Shown here in pieces: positions 1 to 9,719 of a stretch of DNA of 24,000 bases (the stretch's first letter is position 1; every line of letters begins with the position of its first letter). The notes beneath the pieces were generated by a model. It had not been told where the DNA came from and ran no database searches. It worked only from the letters and a program-made list of their open reading frames with translations. Both the position numbers and the translations under genes were made by a program. This DNA comes from Enterobacter sp. ENT03 (lineage in GTDB: Bacteria; Pseudomonadota; Gammaproteobacteria; Enterobacterales; Enterobacteriaceae): NCBI RefSeq assembly GCF_019218745.1, contig NZ_JAHUXA010000003.1:169062-193061 (forward strand), written 5' to 3'.

Positions 1-941
1 TCGGTAAAGAGACGGTGCTTAACCTGCTGGCGCTGCGTTTCGCTAACTCCCTGTTTGTGAACAACTGGGATAATCGCACTATCGATCACGTGGAAATTAC
101 CGTGGCCGAGGAAGTGGGTATCGAGGGCCGTTGGGGTTACTTCGATCAGGCCGGTCAGATGCGCGACATGATCCAGAACCACCTGCTGCAAATTCTGTGT
201 ATGATCGCCATGTCTCCGCCGTCGGATCTGTCTGCCGACAGCATCCGTGACGCGAAGGTGAAAGTGCTGAAATCCCTGCGCCGTATCGATCGCTCGAACG
301 TGCGGGAAAAAACTGTGCGTGGTCAGTACACCGCCGGGTTCGCCCAGGGCAAAAAAGTGCCGGGCTATCTGGAAGAAGAGGGCGCGAATAAATCCAGTAA
401 CACCGAAACCTTTGTGGCGATCCGTGTGGACATCGATGACTGGCGCTGGGCCGGCGTACCGTTCTACCTGCGTACCGGTAAACGTCTGCCGACGAAGTGT
501 TCCGAAGTCGTGGTCTATTTCACCACCCCGCAGCTGAACCTGTTTAAAGACTCCTGGCAGGATCTGCCGCAGAACAAGCTGACCATCCGTTTACAGCCGG
601 ACGAAGGCGTGGATATTCAGATCCTCAACAAAGTGCCGGGTCTGGATCACAAGCACAACCTGCAAACCACCAAGCTTGATCTGAGCTACTCCGAAACCTT
701 CAACCAGACGCATCTTGCGGATGCCTACGAACGTCTGCTGCTGGAAACCATGCGTGGCATCCAGGCGCTGTTCGTGCGTCGTGATGAAGTAGAAGAAGCC
801 TGGAAATGGGTGGACTCCATCACCGAAGCCTGGGCGATGGATAACGATGCGCCGAAACCGTATCAGGCGGGTACCTGGGGGCCGGTGGCGTCTGTGGCGA
901 TGATCACCCGTGATGGCCGTTCATGGAACGAGTTTGAATAA
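1..941 (+). CDS. zwf: Glucose-6-phosphate 1-dehydrogenase, C-terminal ~310 aa (5' end lies outside the window; reading frame 3)
   Basis: The frame is open from the window edge to TAA at 939-941. The translation ([48 protein letters not shown] ... [12 protein letters not shown]) is nearly identical to E. coli Zwf as I recall it. edd-eda lie downstream, as in E. coli. Confidence 0.97.
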   Translation, partial: GKETVLNLLALRFANSLFVNNWDNRTIDHVEITVAEEVGIEGRWGYFDQAGQMRDMIQNHLLQILCMIAMSPPSDLSADSIRDAKVKVLKSLRRIDRSNVREKTVRGQYTAGFAQGKKVPGYLEEEGANKSSNTETFVAIRVDIDDWRWAGVPFYLRTGKRLPTKCSEVVVYFTTPQLNLFKDSWQDLPQNKLTIRLQPDEGVDIQILNKVPGLDHKHNLQTTKLDLSYSETFNQTHLADAYERLLLETMRGIQALFVRRDEVEEAWKWVDSITEAWAMDNDAPKPYQAGTWGPVASVAMITRDGRSWNEFE

Positions 942-966
942 CGATTTCACGTACCGGATGTCTCTT

Positions 967-982
967 ATTTTACCGGTAACAT
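967..982. promoter_or_regulatory. GntR-type (LacI/GalR family) operator candidate in the zwf-edd spacer
   Basis: The sequence is ATTTTACCGGTAACAT. It contains the perfect 10-bp palindrome TTACCGGTAA with a central CG. It is one mismatch from a fully symmetric ATGTTACCGGTAACAT. The E. coli edd-eda P1 promoter is known to be GntR-repressed. The site was assigned by eye, not scored. Confidence 0.5.
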
Positions 983-1020
983 GATCTGACTCAGACTCCT
1001 GAACAATATTTCAGCTTTTA

Positions 1021-1055
1021 AGCCCCGCGTGGATTCACCCGCGGGGCTTTTTTTA
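1021..1055 (+). terminator. Intrinsic terminator downstream of zwf
   Basis: The 9-bp GC-rich stem AGCCCCGCG (1021-1029) pairs with CGCGGGGCT (1040-1048), followed by T7 (1048-1055). Confidence 0.8.
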
Positions 1056-1166
1056 TTACACTAGCTGAAGCGATTTTGCCACCGGGCGACGGCGTACCAG
1101 CGTTATTATTGCCGGAACATATCGAATGTTCACCCCCGCCCATGACAGATAACTTCAGGAGTTTCT

Positions 1167-2978
1167 ATGAATGCAAAAATGTTACGGGTAACGGAGCGAA
1201 TTATTGAACGTTCCCGCGAGACGCGTGCTGCTTACCTTGCCCGCATCGAGCAGGCGAAAAGCGACACGGTGCACCGTTCATCACTGGCCTGTGGCAATCT
1301 GGCGCACGGTTTTGCCGCCTGTCAGCCGGACGATAAAGCGTCGCTGAAAAGCATGCTGCGCAACAATATCGCCATCATTACCTCTTATAACGACATGCTT
1401 TCCGCGCATCAGCCCTATGAAAAATATCCGGATGTCATCCGTAAAGCGCTGCATAGCGTGAACGCCGTCGGCCAGGTGGCGGGCGGGGTCCCGGCGATGT
1501 GCGATGGCGTTACCCAGGGCCAGGACGGCATGGAACTGTCGCTGCTGAGCCGCGAAGTGATCGCCATGTCGGCGGCGGTAGGGCTGTCGCACAATATGTT
1601 TGACGGCGCGCTCTATCTGGGCGTCTGCGATAAGATCGTTCCCGGCCTTGCGATGGCGGCGCTGTCGTTTGGGCATCTGCCGGCTATTTTTGTGCCGTCT
1701 GGCCCGATGAGCAGCGGTCTGCCGAACAAAGAGAAAGTCCGTATTCGTCAGCTGTACGCCGAAGGCAAAGTGGATCGCATGGCGCTGCTGGAATCCGAAG
1801 CCGCGTCCTATCACGCGCCGGGTACCTGTACTTTTTACGGCACCGCCAACACTAACCAGATGGTGGTAGAGTTTATGGGCATGCAGCTGCCGGGCTCCTC
1901 GTTCGTGCATCCGGACGCGCCGCTGCGTGAAGCGCTGACCGCCGCCGCTGCACGTCAGGTCACTCGTCTGACCGGCAACGGAAACGAATGGATGCCGCTC
2001 GGCAAAATGATCGACGAGAAAGTGGTGGTCAATGGCATCGTGGCGCTGCTGGCGACCGGCGGCTCCACCAACCACACCATGCACCTGGTGGCGATGGCGC
2101 GCGCGGCTGGCATTATCATCAACTGGGATGATTTCTCCGACCTCTCTGACATCGTGCCGCTGCTGGCGCGCCTCTACCCGAACGGCCCGGCGGATATTAA
2201 CCACTTCCAGGCGGCGGGCGGTGTGCCGCTGCTGATGCGCGAACTGTTGAAAGGCGGCCTGCTGCATGAAGATGTGAATACCGTTGCCGGTTTCGGTCTG
2301 TCCCGTTACACCATGGAGCCGTGGCTGAACAATGGCGAGCTGGACTGGCGCGACGGGGCCAGCGCCTCGCTGGATGAAAACGTGATCGCCACCATCGACA
2401 AACCCTTCTCTCACCACGGCGGCACCAAAGTGCTGAGCGGTAACCTGGGCCGCGCGGTGATGAAAACCTCCGCTGTGCCGCTGGAAAATCAGATCATCGA
2501 AGCCCCGGCTGTTGTTTTCGAAAGCCAGCACGACGTGCTGCCCGCGTTTGAAGCCGGTTTACTGGATCGTGACTGCGTGGTGGTTGTCCGTCATCAGGGG
2601 CCAAAAGCCAACGGGATGCCAGAATTACATAAACTGATGCCACCACTTGGTGTATTATTGGACCGCCGTTTCAAAATTGCGTTAGTTACTGATGGACGGC
2701 TCTCTGGTGCATCAGGTAAAGTGCCGTCAGCAATTCATGTCACCCCGGAAGCCTACGATGGCGGATTGCTGGCAAAAGTACGTGATGGCGACCTCATCCG
2801 CGTGAATGGACAGACGGGGGAATTAACTCTGCTGGTGGATGAGAATGAACTGGCCGCACGTCAGCCACACATTCCTGACCTTCGCGCGTCGCGTGTGGGA
2901 ACAGGGCGCGAGATGTTCAGCGCATTGCGCGAGAATCTCTCCGGTGCGGAGCAGGGCGCGACCTGTATCACTTTCTAA
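1167..2978 (+). CDS. edd: Phosphogluconate dehydratase (Entner-Doudoroff pathway)
   Basis: The 603-aa ORF matches E. coli Edd along its whole length ([27 protein letters not shown] ... [12 protein letters not shown]). An AGGAG Shine-Dalgarno lies at 1155-1159. Confidence 0.97.
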   Translation: MNAKMLRVTERIIERSRETRAAYLARIEQAKSDTVHRSSLACGNLAHGFAACQPDDKASLKSMLRNNIAIITSYNDMLSAHQPYEKYPDVIRKALHSVNAVGQVAGGVPAMCDGVTQGQDGMELSLLSREVIAMSAAVGLSHNMFDGALYLGVCDKIVPGLAMAALSFGHLPAIFVPSGPMSSGLPNKEKVRIRQLYAEGKVDRMALLESEAASYHAPGTCTFYGTANTNQMVVEFMGMQLPGSSFVHPDAPLREALTAAAARQVTRLTGNGNEWMPLGKMIDEKVVVNGIVALLATGGSTNHTMHLVAMARAAGIIINWDDFSDLSDIVPLLARLYPNGPADINHFQAAGGVPLLMRELLKGGLLHEDVNTVAGFGLSRYTMEPWLNNGELDWRDGASASLDENVIATIDKPFSHHGGTKVLSGNLGRAVMKTSAVPLENQIIEAPAVVFESQHDVLPAFEAGLLDRDCVVVVRHQGPKANGMPELHKLMPPLGVLLDRRFKIALVTDGRLSGASGKVPSAIHVTPEAYDGGLLAKVRDGDLIRVNGQTGELTLLVDENELAARQPHIPDLRASRVGTGREMFSALRENLSGAEQGATCITF

Positions 2979-3017
2979 GACTTAAAAATTGTAGATCTGG
3001 CGAGAGAAAAAACTCTG

Positions 3018-3659
3018 ATGAAAAACTGGAAAACGAGTGCAGAAGCAATCCTGAAAACGGGCCCGGTAGTGCCGGTGATCGTGATTAATAAACTGGAACA
3101 CGCGGTACCGATGGCGAAAGCGCTGGTAGCCGGTGGCGTGCGCGTGCTGGAAGTGACGCTGCGTACCGACTGCGCCATGGACGCTATCCGCGCCATCGCC
3201 AAAGAAGTCCCGGACGCTATCATCGGCGCAGGCACCGTACTGAACCCGGCGCAGCTGGCGGAAGTGACGGCAGCTGGCGCGCAGTTTGCCATCAGCCCAG
3301 GTCTGACAGAACCGCTGCTGAAAGCGGCTACCGAAGGCTCTATCCCGCTGATCCCGGGTATCAGCACCGTGTCCGAACTGATGCTGGGTCTGGATTATGG
3401 TCTGAAAGAATTTAAATTCTTCCCGGCAGAAGCGAACGGCGGCACCAAAGCGCTGCAGGCTATTGCAGGGCCGTTCTCGCAGGTACGTTTCTGCCCGACT
3501 GGCGGCATCTCTCCGGCCAACTACCGTGACTACCTGGCGCTGAAAAGCGTGCTCTGTATTGGTGGTTCCTGGCTGGTGCCGGCGGACGCGCTGGAAGCCG
3601 GTGATTACGATCGCATCACCAAACTTGCACGCGAAGCCGTTGAAGGTGCTGCGCTGTAA
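3018..3659 (+). CDS. eda: KHG/KDPG aldolase (2-keto-3-deoxy-6-phosphogluconate aldolase)
   Basis: The 213-aa ORF starts MKNWKTSAE, as E. coli Eda does, and is the same length. It lies immediately downstream of edd. Confidence 0.97.
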   Translation: MKNWKTSAEAILKTGPVVPVIVINKLEHAVPMAKALVAGGVRVLEVTLRTDCAMDAIRAIAKEVPDAIIGAGTVLNPAQLAEVTAAGAQFAISPGLTEPLLKAATEGSIPLIPGISTVSELMLGLDYGLKEFKFFPAEANGGTKALQAIAGPFSQVRFCPTGGISPANYRDYLALKSVLCIGGSWLVPADALEAGDYDRITKLAREAVEGAAL

Positions 3660-3670
3660 TAGAGCGTTAG

Positions 3671-3694
3671 GCCCGGCGGCGCAAGCTGCCGGGC
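3671..3694. terminator. GC-rich hairpin shared by the convergent eda and purT 3' ends (weak terminator candidate)
   Basis: GCCCGGC (3671-3677) pairs with GCCGGGC (3688-3694) around a 10-nt loop. There is no convincing U-tract on either strand. Confidence 0.35.
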
Positions 3695-3705
3695 ATACAG
3701 ACACG

Positions 3706-4884
3706 TTATCCTTTCACCGTCACACCCGCTGCTGCTGTTTTGGCACGCGCCACCGCATCATCCACATTCTCCGCCGTCGCTAATACCACGCCTAAACGAC
3801 GCGAACCGTCAATGTCCGGTTTGCCAAACAAACGCACCTGCAACCCTGCGCCCGTGGCGGCGTCAACGTTATCAAAGGTGATATTCTGGCTGGACAGCGT
3901 GGGCAGGATCACCGCCGAGGCTGACGGGCCATACTGACGAATGCCGCCAACCGGCAAACCAAGAAACGCGCGGACGTGCAGGGCAAACTCAGAGAGCTCC
4001 TGCGAAATCAGCGTGACCATGCCAGTATCGTGTGGACGCGGTGACACTTCGCTGAAAATCACCTCATCGCCGCAGACAAACAGCTCGACGCCAAACAATC
4101 CGTAGCCGCCCAGCGCCAGCACCACCTCGCGCGCCACGGCTTCGGCGCGTTGCTGCGCCAGGTCGCTCATCTGCTGTGGCTGCCAGGACTCGCGATAGTC
4201 GCCATCTTCCTGACGATGACCAATCGGCGCACAGAAGTGGACGCCATCCACGGCGCTCACCGTCAGCAGGGTAATTTCAAAATCAAAATCCACTACACCT
4301 TCGACAATCACCCGCCCCGCGCCCGCGCGTCCACCCCGTTGGGCATAAGCCCAGGCATCGGCAAGCTGATCGGCGCGGCGGATCAGGCTCTGGCCTTTAC
4401 CGGAGGAGCTCATTACCGGTTTGATGATGCACGGCAGGCCGATCTCGTTTACGGCTTCCAGAAACGCGGCTTCACTATCGGCAAAACGATAGCGGGAGGT
4501 CGGCAGTTTTAACGTTTCTGCCGCCAGGCGACGAATGCCTTCGCGATCCATGGTTAACTGTGCCGCCCGGGCGCAGGGCACCACGCGCTGCCCCTGGGCT
4601 TCAAGCTCCACCAGCATATCGGTGGCGATAGCTTCGATTTCCGGCACGATAAAGTTCGGTTGTTCCTGCGCGACCAGCGCCTTTAACGCCGCGCCGTCCA
4701 GCATATTAATCACATGGGCGCGATGAGCGACGTGCATGGCGGGGGCATCGGCATAACGGTCTACGGCAATCACCTCGATGCCCAGCCGCTGGCATTCAAT
4801 CGCCACCTCTTTTCCCAGTTCACCGGAACCCAGTAACATTACGCGTGTGGCTGCGGGGCGCAGCGCAGTACCTAATAAAGTCAT
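3706..4884 (-). CDS. purT: Formate-dependent phosphoribosylglycinamide formyltransferase (GAR transformylase 2)
   Basis: The ORF track gives 3706..4989. The E. coli PurT N-terminus [26 protein letters not shown] begins at the internal ATG at 4884, giving 392 aa as in E. coli. The upstream 35 codons have no counterpart. Confidence 0.95.
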   Translation of the reverse strand: MTLLGTALRPAATRVMLLGSGELGKEVAIECQRLGIEVIAVDRYADAPAMHVAHRAHVINMLDGAALKALVAQEQPNFIVPEIEAIATDMLVELEAQGQRVVPCARAAQLTMDREGIRRLAAETLKLPTSRYRFADSEAAFLEAVNEIGLPCIIKPVMSSSGKGQSLIRRADQLADAWAYAQRGGRAGAGRVIVEGVVDFDFEITLLTVSAVDGVHFCAPIGHRQEDGDYRESWQPQQMSDLAQQRAEAVAREVVLALGGYGLFGVELFVCGDEVIFSEVSPRPHDTGMVTLISQELSEFALHVRAFLGLPVGGIRQYGPSASAVILPTLSSQNITFDNVDAATGAGLQVRLFGKPDIDGSRRLGVVLATAENVDDAVARAKTAAAGVTVKG

Positions 4885-4921
4885 AGCAATTCTACCGTTA
4901 AAAAAGTTGGCTGCAGTATAA

Positions 4922-4937
4922 ACGAAATCGTTTGCGT
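4922..4937 (-). promoter_or_regulatory. PurR operator upstream of purT
   Basis: The minus strand reads ACGCAAACGATTTCGT, a close match to the PurR box consensus (ACGCAAACGTTTTCGT-like). It lies 38 nt upstream of the purT ATG. purT is a PurR regulon member in E. coli. Confidence 0.65.
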
Positions 4938-5014
4938 GCGTCATCCTGATGACAAAGCCGCGACCTTTCCTTCCATCCCGGCTTGCCATAAGCCGGGCGT
5001 TCAGTTATCATGCA

Positions 5015-5030
5015 CTGTATAAATAACCAG
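5015..5030 (+). promoter_or_regulatory. LexA (SOS) box upstream of yebG
   Basis: CTGTATAAATAACCAG fits CTG-N10-CAG with an AT-rich core. The flanks give aCTGTATAAATAACCAGt. It lies 18 nt upstream of the yebG ATG. yebG is a known SOS gene. Confidence 0.75.
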
Positions 5031-5047
5031 TAATGGGAGGCTGCATC

Positions 5048-5350
5048 ATGGCGGTTGAAGTTAAATACGTAGTCATTCGTGAAGGTGAGGAAAAAATGTC
5101 TTTTGCCAGCAAAAAGGAAGCCGATGCTTATGACAAAATGCTCGATCTGGCGGAAGTGCTGGAGAGCTGGCTGGAGCAGGGGCCGGTAACCCTTGACGAC
5201 GATCAGCGTGAGCAATTGGGGATGTGGATGGCGGAACAAAAAGACACGCTGAACGCCATCCTTAAATCCGGCAAGCTGCACAACGACGAGGCAGCGGCTG
5301 ACGAAAACGTTACGGATATTCCGACACCAAAACGCACAAAAGCGGCCTGA
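5048..5350 (+). CDS. yebG: DNA damage-inducible protein YebG
   Basis: The translation [32 protein letters not shown] matches the E. coli YebG N-terminus. I chose the ATG at 5048 (GGGAGG Shine-Dalgarno at 5036-5041) rather than the ORF-track start at 5033. Confidence 0.93.
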   Translation: MAVEVKYVVIREGEEKMSFASKKEADAYDKMLDLAEVLESWLEQGPVTLDDDQREQLGMWMAEQKDTLNAILKSGKLHNDEAAADENVTDIPTPKRTKAA

Positions 5351-5415
5351 TCCGCGCTTGCACTGCCGGTAATTTGTACCATGCTTTGAGTGGGTTAGAC
5401 TCACAGGAGAAAAGC

Positions 5416-5763
5416 ATGAAAACAGCAGGGGTAGTATTCGGTCTGGTATTGCTGGCAGGCAGCGTTACGGCGCAGGCAGCGAACGACAAAACGGTGAACT
5501 TTCCGGGATGCGAAGGGCTGAAGGAAGATGGCATTGCCGCTGCCGTGAAGCGCGACTATTTGCAAAATCGCATTGCGCGCTGGGCGGACGATCAGGAAAA
5601 ACTCGGGCAGGCGGATCCGGTGGCGTGGATTAACGTCAAAGAGGTTTCCGGCAAGGACGATGTCTGGAATGTACCGCTTACCGTGCGCGGTAAAAGCGCC
5701 GATATTCACTATCGCGTGAAGGTGGACTGCAAAGCCGGGCAGGCAGATTATCAGGCGCAATAA
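5416..5763 (+). CDS. yebF: Secreted protein YebF (colicin-M-immunity-like fold family)
   Basis: From the ATG at 5416 (AGGAGA Shine-Dalgarno at 5405-5410) the product has a signal peptide, [21 protein letters not shown]|AN. It also carries the conserved core [20 protein letters not shown]...GQADPVAWI and [21 protein letters not shown], as in E. coli YebF. Confidence 0.93.
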   Translation: MKTAGVVFGLVLLAGSVTAQAANDKTVNFPGCEGLKEDGIAAAVKRDYLQNRIARWADDQEKLGQADPVAWINVKEVSGKDDVWNVPLTVRGKSADIHYRVKVDCKAGQADYQAQ

Positions 5764-5859
5764 CGCCCGTTAATTTGCGCATCTTTTGCTGATTTAGACG
5801 TTTCCTGACAACCCCTCGCTTACGCTGTGGCAATTATTATCAGCTATTCGAGGGGAATC

Positions 5860-6516
5860 ATGGCTAACTGGATGGATCAATTACAGTCGCTGCTCAAGCA
5901 AAAAGGCGCGTCGATGTCGTCATCGGGCGATCAGGGCTACAGCAAAATGCTGCCCGGCGCGCTTGGCGGTCTGGCGGGGCTGCTGGTCGCCAGCAAATCG
6001 TCCCGCAAGCTGTTAACTAAATACGGTACCAGCGCGCTGCTGGTGGGCGGCGGTGCTGTCGCCGGAAGTGTGCTGTGGAACAAATATAAAGATAAAGTGC
6101 GAGCGGCCCATCAGGATGAGCCGCAGTTCGGCATGCAAACCTCGCCGCTGGACGTGCGTACTGAACGTCTGCTCCTCGCGCTGGTGTTCGCCGCGAAAAG
6201 CGACGGGCACATCGACGACAAAGAACGGGCCGCCATCGACGCGCAGATGCGTGAAGCGGGCGTTGAGGAGCAGGGCAGAGCGCTGGTTACCCAGGCCATC
6301 GAACAGCCGCTGGATCCGGAACGGCTGGCGCGTGGTATCAAAAATGAAGAGGAAGCGCTGGAAGTCTATTTCCTGAGCTGTGCGGCGATTGATGTCGACC
6401 ACTTTATGGAACGCAGCTATCTTAACGCGCTGGGCGATGCCCTGAAGATCCCCCAGGACGTTCGTGAAGGGATTGAACAGGATCTGAAAGCGCAAAAACA
6501 GGCGCTTCCCGGCTAA
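5860..6516 (+). CDS. yebE: Inner-membrane DUF533/TerB-like protein YebE
   Basis: [12 protein letters not shown] matches the E. coli YebE start (MANWLNQLQSLL). I chose the ATG at 5860 (GAGGGG Shine-Dalgarno) over the GTG at 5827. There is one hydrophobic segment, followed by a TerB-like acidic C-terminal domain. Confidence 0.9.
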   Translation: MANWMDQLQSLLKQKGASMSSSGDQGYSKMLPGALGGLAGLLVASKSSRKLLTKYGTSALLVGGGAVAGSVLWNKYKDKVRAAHQDEPQFGMQTSPLDVRTERLLLALVFAAKSDGHIDDKERAAIDAQMREAGVEEQGRALVTQAIEQPLDPERLARGIKNEEEALEVYFLSCAAIDVDHFMERSYLNALGDALKIPQDVREGIEQDLKAQKQALPG

Positions 6517-6607
6517 CGCTTTGCGCCCCGGTGGCCCGCTACGCTTGCAACATGCGCGTCTTTTGCCACCCTTATAGGGTGTAAACTGCAAAAGACAGAT
6601 GCTATCT

Positions 6608-8674
6608 ATGCCACCAAAAGCCAGAAAAATTCCCCACGCCATGACCGCGCATGGCGACACACGCATCGACGATTACTACTGGCTGCGGGATGATTCACGC
6701 TCGCAGCCCGAGGTGCTGGATTATCTCCATCAGGAAAACGACTATGGCCGTGAGGTCATGGCGTCTCAGCAGGCATTGCAGGATCGCCTGCTGGCCGAAA
6801 TCGTCGATCGTATCCCCCAGCGTGAAGTCTCCGCGCCATTTACCCGCAATGGCTACCGTTACCGCCATGTCTACGAACCCGGCTGTGAATACGCCATCTA
6901 TCAGCGTCAGTCGGTACTTAGTTCCGAATGGGATGAGTGGCAGGTGTTGCTGGATGCCAACCAACGCGCTGCACACAGTGAGTTCTATACGCTCGGCGGG
7001 CTGGCGATCTCGCCGGATAACAACATTATGGCGCTGGCGGAAGATTACCTTTCGCGTCGCCAGTATGGTATTCGCTTTCGCAATCTGCAGACCGGCAACT
7101 GGTATCCGGAGATGCTCGCCAACGTCACGCCGGACTTTGTGTGGGTCAATGACTCAGAAACGCTGTACTACGTGCGAAAACATCCGACCACGCTGCTGCC
7201 GTATCAGGTCTGGCGGCATACCGTCGGTTCCCCCGTCTGTCAGGATGAGCTGGTCTATGAAGAGCAGGACGATACCTTTTACGTCAGCCTGCACAAAACC
7301 ACCTCACAGCACTATGTGGTGATCTCGCTGTCAAGCGCCACCACCAGCGAATCATTACTGCTGGACGCGGAGCTGCCGGACGCCCAGCCGCTGCGCTTCC
7401 TGCCGCGCCGTAAAGATCATGAGTACAATCTCGATCATTATCAGCACACCTTTTATCTGCGCTCTAACCGGGAAGGCAAAAACTTCGGTCTTTATCGCAC
7501 CAAAGTGCGCAGCGAGAATAAATGGGAAGTGCTGATCCCGCCGCGGGACGCCATTATGCTGGAGGGGTTTACCCTGTTCACCGACTGGCTGGTGGTGGAA
7601 GAGCGCCAGCGGGGGCTGACCAGTCTGCGGCAGATCAACCGTAAAACCCGTGAAGTCACCGGCATTGCCTTTGACGATCCGGCCTACGTCACCTGGCTTG
7701 CGTATAACCCGGAGCCGGAAACTTCACGCCTGCGTTATGGCTATTCATCCCTCACTACACCGGACACGCTGTTTGAGCTGGACATGGATACCGGCGAACG
7801 GCGCGTCCTTAAGCAGACGGAAGTTCACGGATTTGAGGCCAGCGACTACCGCAGCGAACACCTGTGGGTCAAAGCCCGCGACGGCGTTGAAGTGCCGGTA
7901 TCGCTGGTTTATCACCGTAAGCATTTTCGCAAAGGGCAGAACCCGATCCTGATTTACGGTTACGGCTCGTACGGCTCCAGTATGGACGCGGATTTCAGCA
8001 GCAGTCGTCTGAGCCTGCTGGATCGCGGCTTTGTCTACGCTATCGCTCACGTGCGTGGCGGCGGTGAACTGGGGCAGTCGTGGTATGAAGACGGTAAATT
8101 CCTGCACAAGAAAAATACCTTCAACGATTACATTGACGTCTGTGATGCGCTGCTTGCGCAGGGCTATGGATCACCGCGCTATTGTTATGGCATGGGCGGC
8201 AGTGCGGGGGGCATGTTAATGGGCGTGGTCATTAACCAGCGGCCAGGGTTGTTCCACGGGGTGATAGCCCAGGTGCCGTTTGTCGATGTGCTGACCACTA
8301 TGCTGGATGAATCCATCCCGTTGACCACGGGTGAATTTGAGGAGTGGGGCAACCCGCAGGATCCCGAATATTACACCTATATGAAAAGCTACAGTCCGTA
8401 TGACAACATACAGCGTCAGGCCTATCCGCATCTGCTGGTGACCACCGGGCTGCATGATTCGCAAGTGCAGTACTGGGAGCCGGCAAAATGGGTCGCCCGG
8501 CTGCGTGAGATGAAAACCGATGATAACCTGCTGTTACTGTGCACGGATATGGATTCCGGGCACGGCGGGAAATCAGGCCGCTTCAAGTCATATGAAGGGG
8601 TGGCGCTGGAATATGCCTTTCTCATCGCCCTGGCGCAGGGCACTTTACCGGGACGCCAGGCTACTGCTCGTTAA
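6608..8674 (+). CDS. ptrB: Oligopeptidase B (protease II, S9 prolyl-oligopeptidase family)
   Basis: The product matches E. coli PtrB over its full length (..[24 protein letters not shown] ... [10 protein letters not shown] ... DSGHGG). The catalytic Ser lies in GGSAGG. The start could be the ATG at 6599 or at 6608. I chose 6608 by alignment to the E. coli N-terminus. Confidence 0.92.
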   Translation: MPPKARKIPHAMTAHGDTRIDDYYWLRDDSRSQPEVLDYLHQENDYGREVMASQQALQDRLLAEIVDRIPQREVSAPFTRNGYRYRHVYEPGCEYAIYQRQSVLSSEWDEWQVLLDANQRAAHSEFYTLGGLAISPDNNIMALAEDYLSRRQYGIRFRNLQTGNWYPEMLANVTPDFVWVNDSETLYYVRKHPTTLLPYQVWRHTVGSPVCQDELVYEEQDDTFYVSLHKTTSQHYVVISLSSATTSESLLLDAELPDAQPLRFLPRRKDHEYNLDHYQHTFYLRSNREGKNFGLYRTKVRSENKWEVLIPPRDAIMLEGFTLFTDWLVVEERQRGLTSLRQINRKTREVTGIAFDDPAYVTWLAYNPEPETSRLRYGYSSLTTPDTLFELDMDTGERRVLKQTEVHGFEASDYRSEHLWVKARDGVEVPVSLVYHRKHFRKGQNPILIYGYGSYGSSMDADFSSSRLSLLDRGFVYAIAHVRGGGELGQSWYEDGKFLHKKNTFNDYIDVCDALLAQGYGSPRYCYGMGGSAGGMLMGVVINQRPGLFHGVIAQVPFVDVLTTMLDESIPLTTGEFEEWGNPQDPEYYTYMKSYSPYDNIQRQAYPHLLVTTGLHDSQVQYWEPAKWVARLREMKTDDNLLLLCTDMDSGHGGKSGRFKSYEGVALEYAFLIALAQGTLPGRQATAR

Positions 8675-9323
8675 GGTAGTGCTTCAGCGTCAGACGCAGT
8701 TCCGGACTCATGCGGTCCAGGTTGTTAAACAGCCAGCGCAGGTAGCCCGGATCGCGCTCCGCTACTTCGGACACCGCTTTACCCCGGTATTTACCAAAGG
8801 TAAAGGTAGTCATCAGCGCCGGGCGGCCCGTGATGGTCGCCATCTGATCCGGCGTCCAGCCTGACGTATTCATGATGTCGATAAGCAATGCGGCGGTGAT
8901 ATAGCAGTCATACAGCGCCCGGTGATGATGCAGCCCGGCCGGCGTCTGGACGCTTAGCTTACGGGACTTGTACAGCGCCATATTGCTGTATTTGATCCCC
9001 GGCCACAGGCGGCGCGCCAGCTTCATAGTACAAATCCATTCTCCGGGCATTTCCGGCAGCACACGCCGGTCAAAACTGGCGTTATGCGCCACGTACCATT
9101 CACTGCCCAGATAATGCGGGATCACCTCTTCAATCCACGGCTGATCCGCCACCATCGCTTCCGTGATGCGGTGGATAGCCATCGCCTGTGGGCTGATGGG
9201 ACGATCCGGGCGCACCAGATGGCTCATCGGATTCATTATCTGTCCGTCAATAATATCGACGGAGGCTATCTCTACAATCCCGCCCTGCAAATCGCAGGTT
9301 TCGGTATCTATCACGCGTAACAT
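8661..9323 (-). CDS. exoX: Exodeoxyribonuclease X (DnaQ-like 3'-5' exonuclease)
   Basis: [23 protein letters not shown] ... matches E. coli ExoX (220 aa) from the ATG at 9323. The DTE exonuclease motif is present. The ORF-track start at 9350 adds 9 unmatched residues. Confidence 0.93.
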   Translation of the reverse strand: MLRVIDTETCDLQGGIVEIASVDIIDGQIMNPMSHLVRPDRPISPQAMAIHRITEAMVADQPWIEEVIPHYLGSEWYVAHNASFDRRVLPEMPGEWICTMKLARRLWPGIKYSNMALYKSRKLSVQTPAGLHHHRALYDCYITAALLIDIMNTSGWTPDQMATITGRPALMTTFTFGKYRGKAVSEVAERDPGYLRWLFNNLDRMSPELRLTLKHYLNEQ

Positions 9324-9352
9324 GACGGTTTCCCTTAACTGGTGAAGCACAT

Positions 9353-9583
9353 TTATTTCATTTTCGGCTCATAAGGCAGCCGTGACAGCGACACCGAGGC
9401 CAGGCGATGGGCAATCAGGCGCTCGCGGAACCAGTCACGCAGGTGCGCAGGCTGCTCGCGCTCTACCGCTTCGGCAATCACCGGCATGTTATAGCGCTCT
9501 TTAAAGGCCACGCCTGCCGCCGCCAGATCGACATTCACTTTATCCATCTCATCCTGAGGAAGGGTAGCGAGATTCTTGTTCAT
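9353..9583 (-). CDS. holE: DNA polymerase III theta subunit
   Basis: The 76-aa product (..KNLA.L...[61 protein letters not shown]) matches E. coli HolE. An AGGAGA Shine-Dalgarno lies upstream. Confidence 0.95.
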   Translation of the reverse strand: MNKNLATLPQDEMDKVNVDLAAAGVAFKERYNMPVIAEAVEREQPAHLRDWFRERLIAHRLASVSLSRLPYEPKMK

Positions 9584-9719
9584 AGACTTCTCCTGAGGGT
9601 TCGGCGCAAAACTTACTAAGCCTGCTACAGAAAGGCAAGCCAGCCAGCAACCAGACTCGACTCATACATACATCGGGGTTATTCTCGTTGCTGAGATATA
9701 ACAAAAAGGAATGGTATAA

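Noticed and set aside
1281-2531. 416-aa ORF antisense to edd
   Set aside because: It lies wholly inside, and opposite to, a confidently identified conserved gene. The translation is R/H/Q/A-rich low complexity, typical of antisense frames in GC-rich coding DNA. There is no Shine-Dalgarno or recognisable domain.
2659-2685. KdgR operator for the internal eda promoter
   Set aside because: Only one half (GTTTCAAAAT) resembles the KdgR consensus. The other half (ATTATTGGAC) is too degenerate to call.
2982-3704. 240-aa and 130-aa ORFs antisense to eda
   Set aside because: They are antisense artefacts of a GC-rich conserved gene, with an arginine-rich nonsense-like composition.
4885-4989. N-terminal extensions offered by the ORF track (purT to 4989, rsmF to 15619, letB to 18173, prc from 20776, yebE from 5827, yebF from 5374, yebG from 5033, exoX to 9350)
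   Set aside because: In each case the homologous E. coli N-terminus begins at an internal start codon with a better Shine-Dalgarno. The extension has no counterpart or overlaps the upstream gene.
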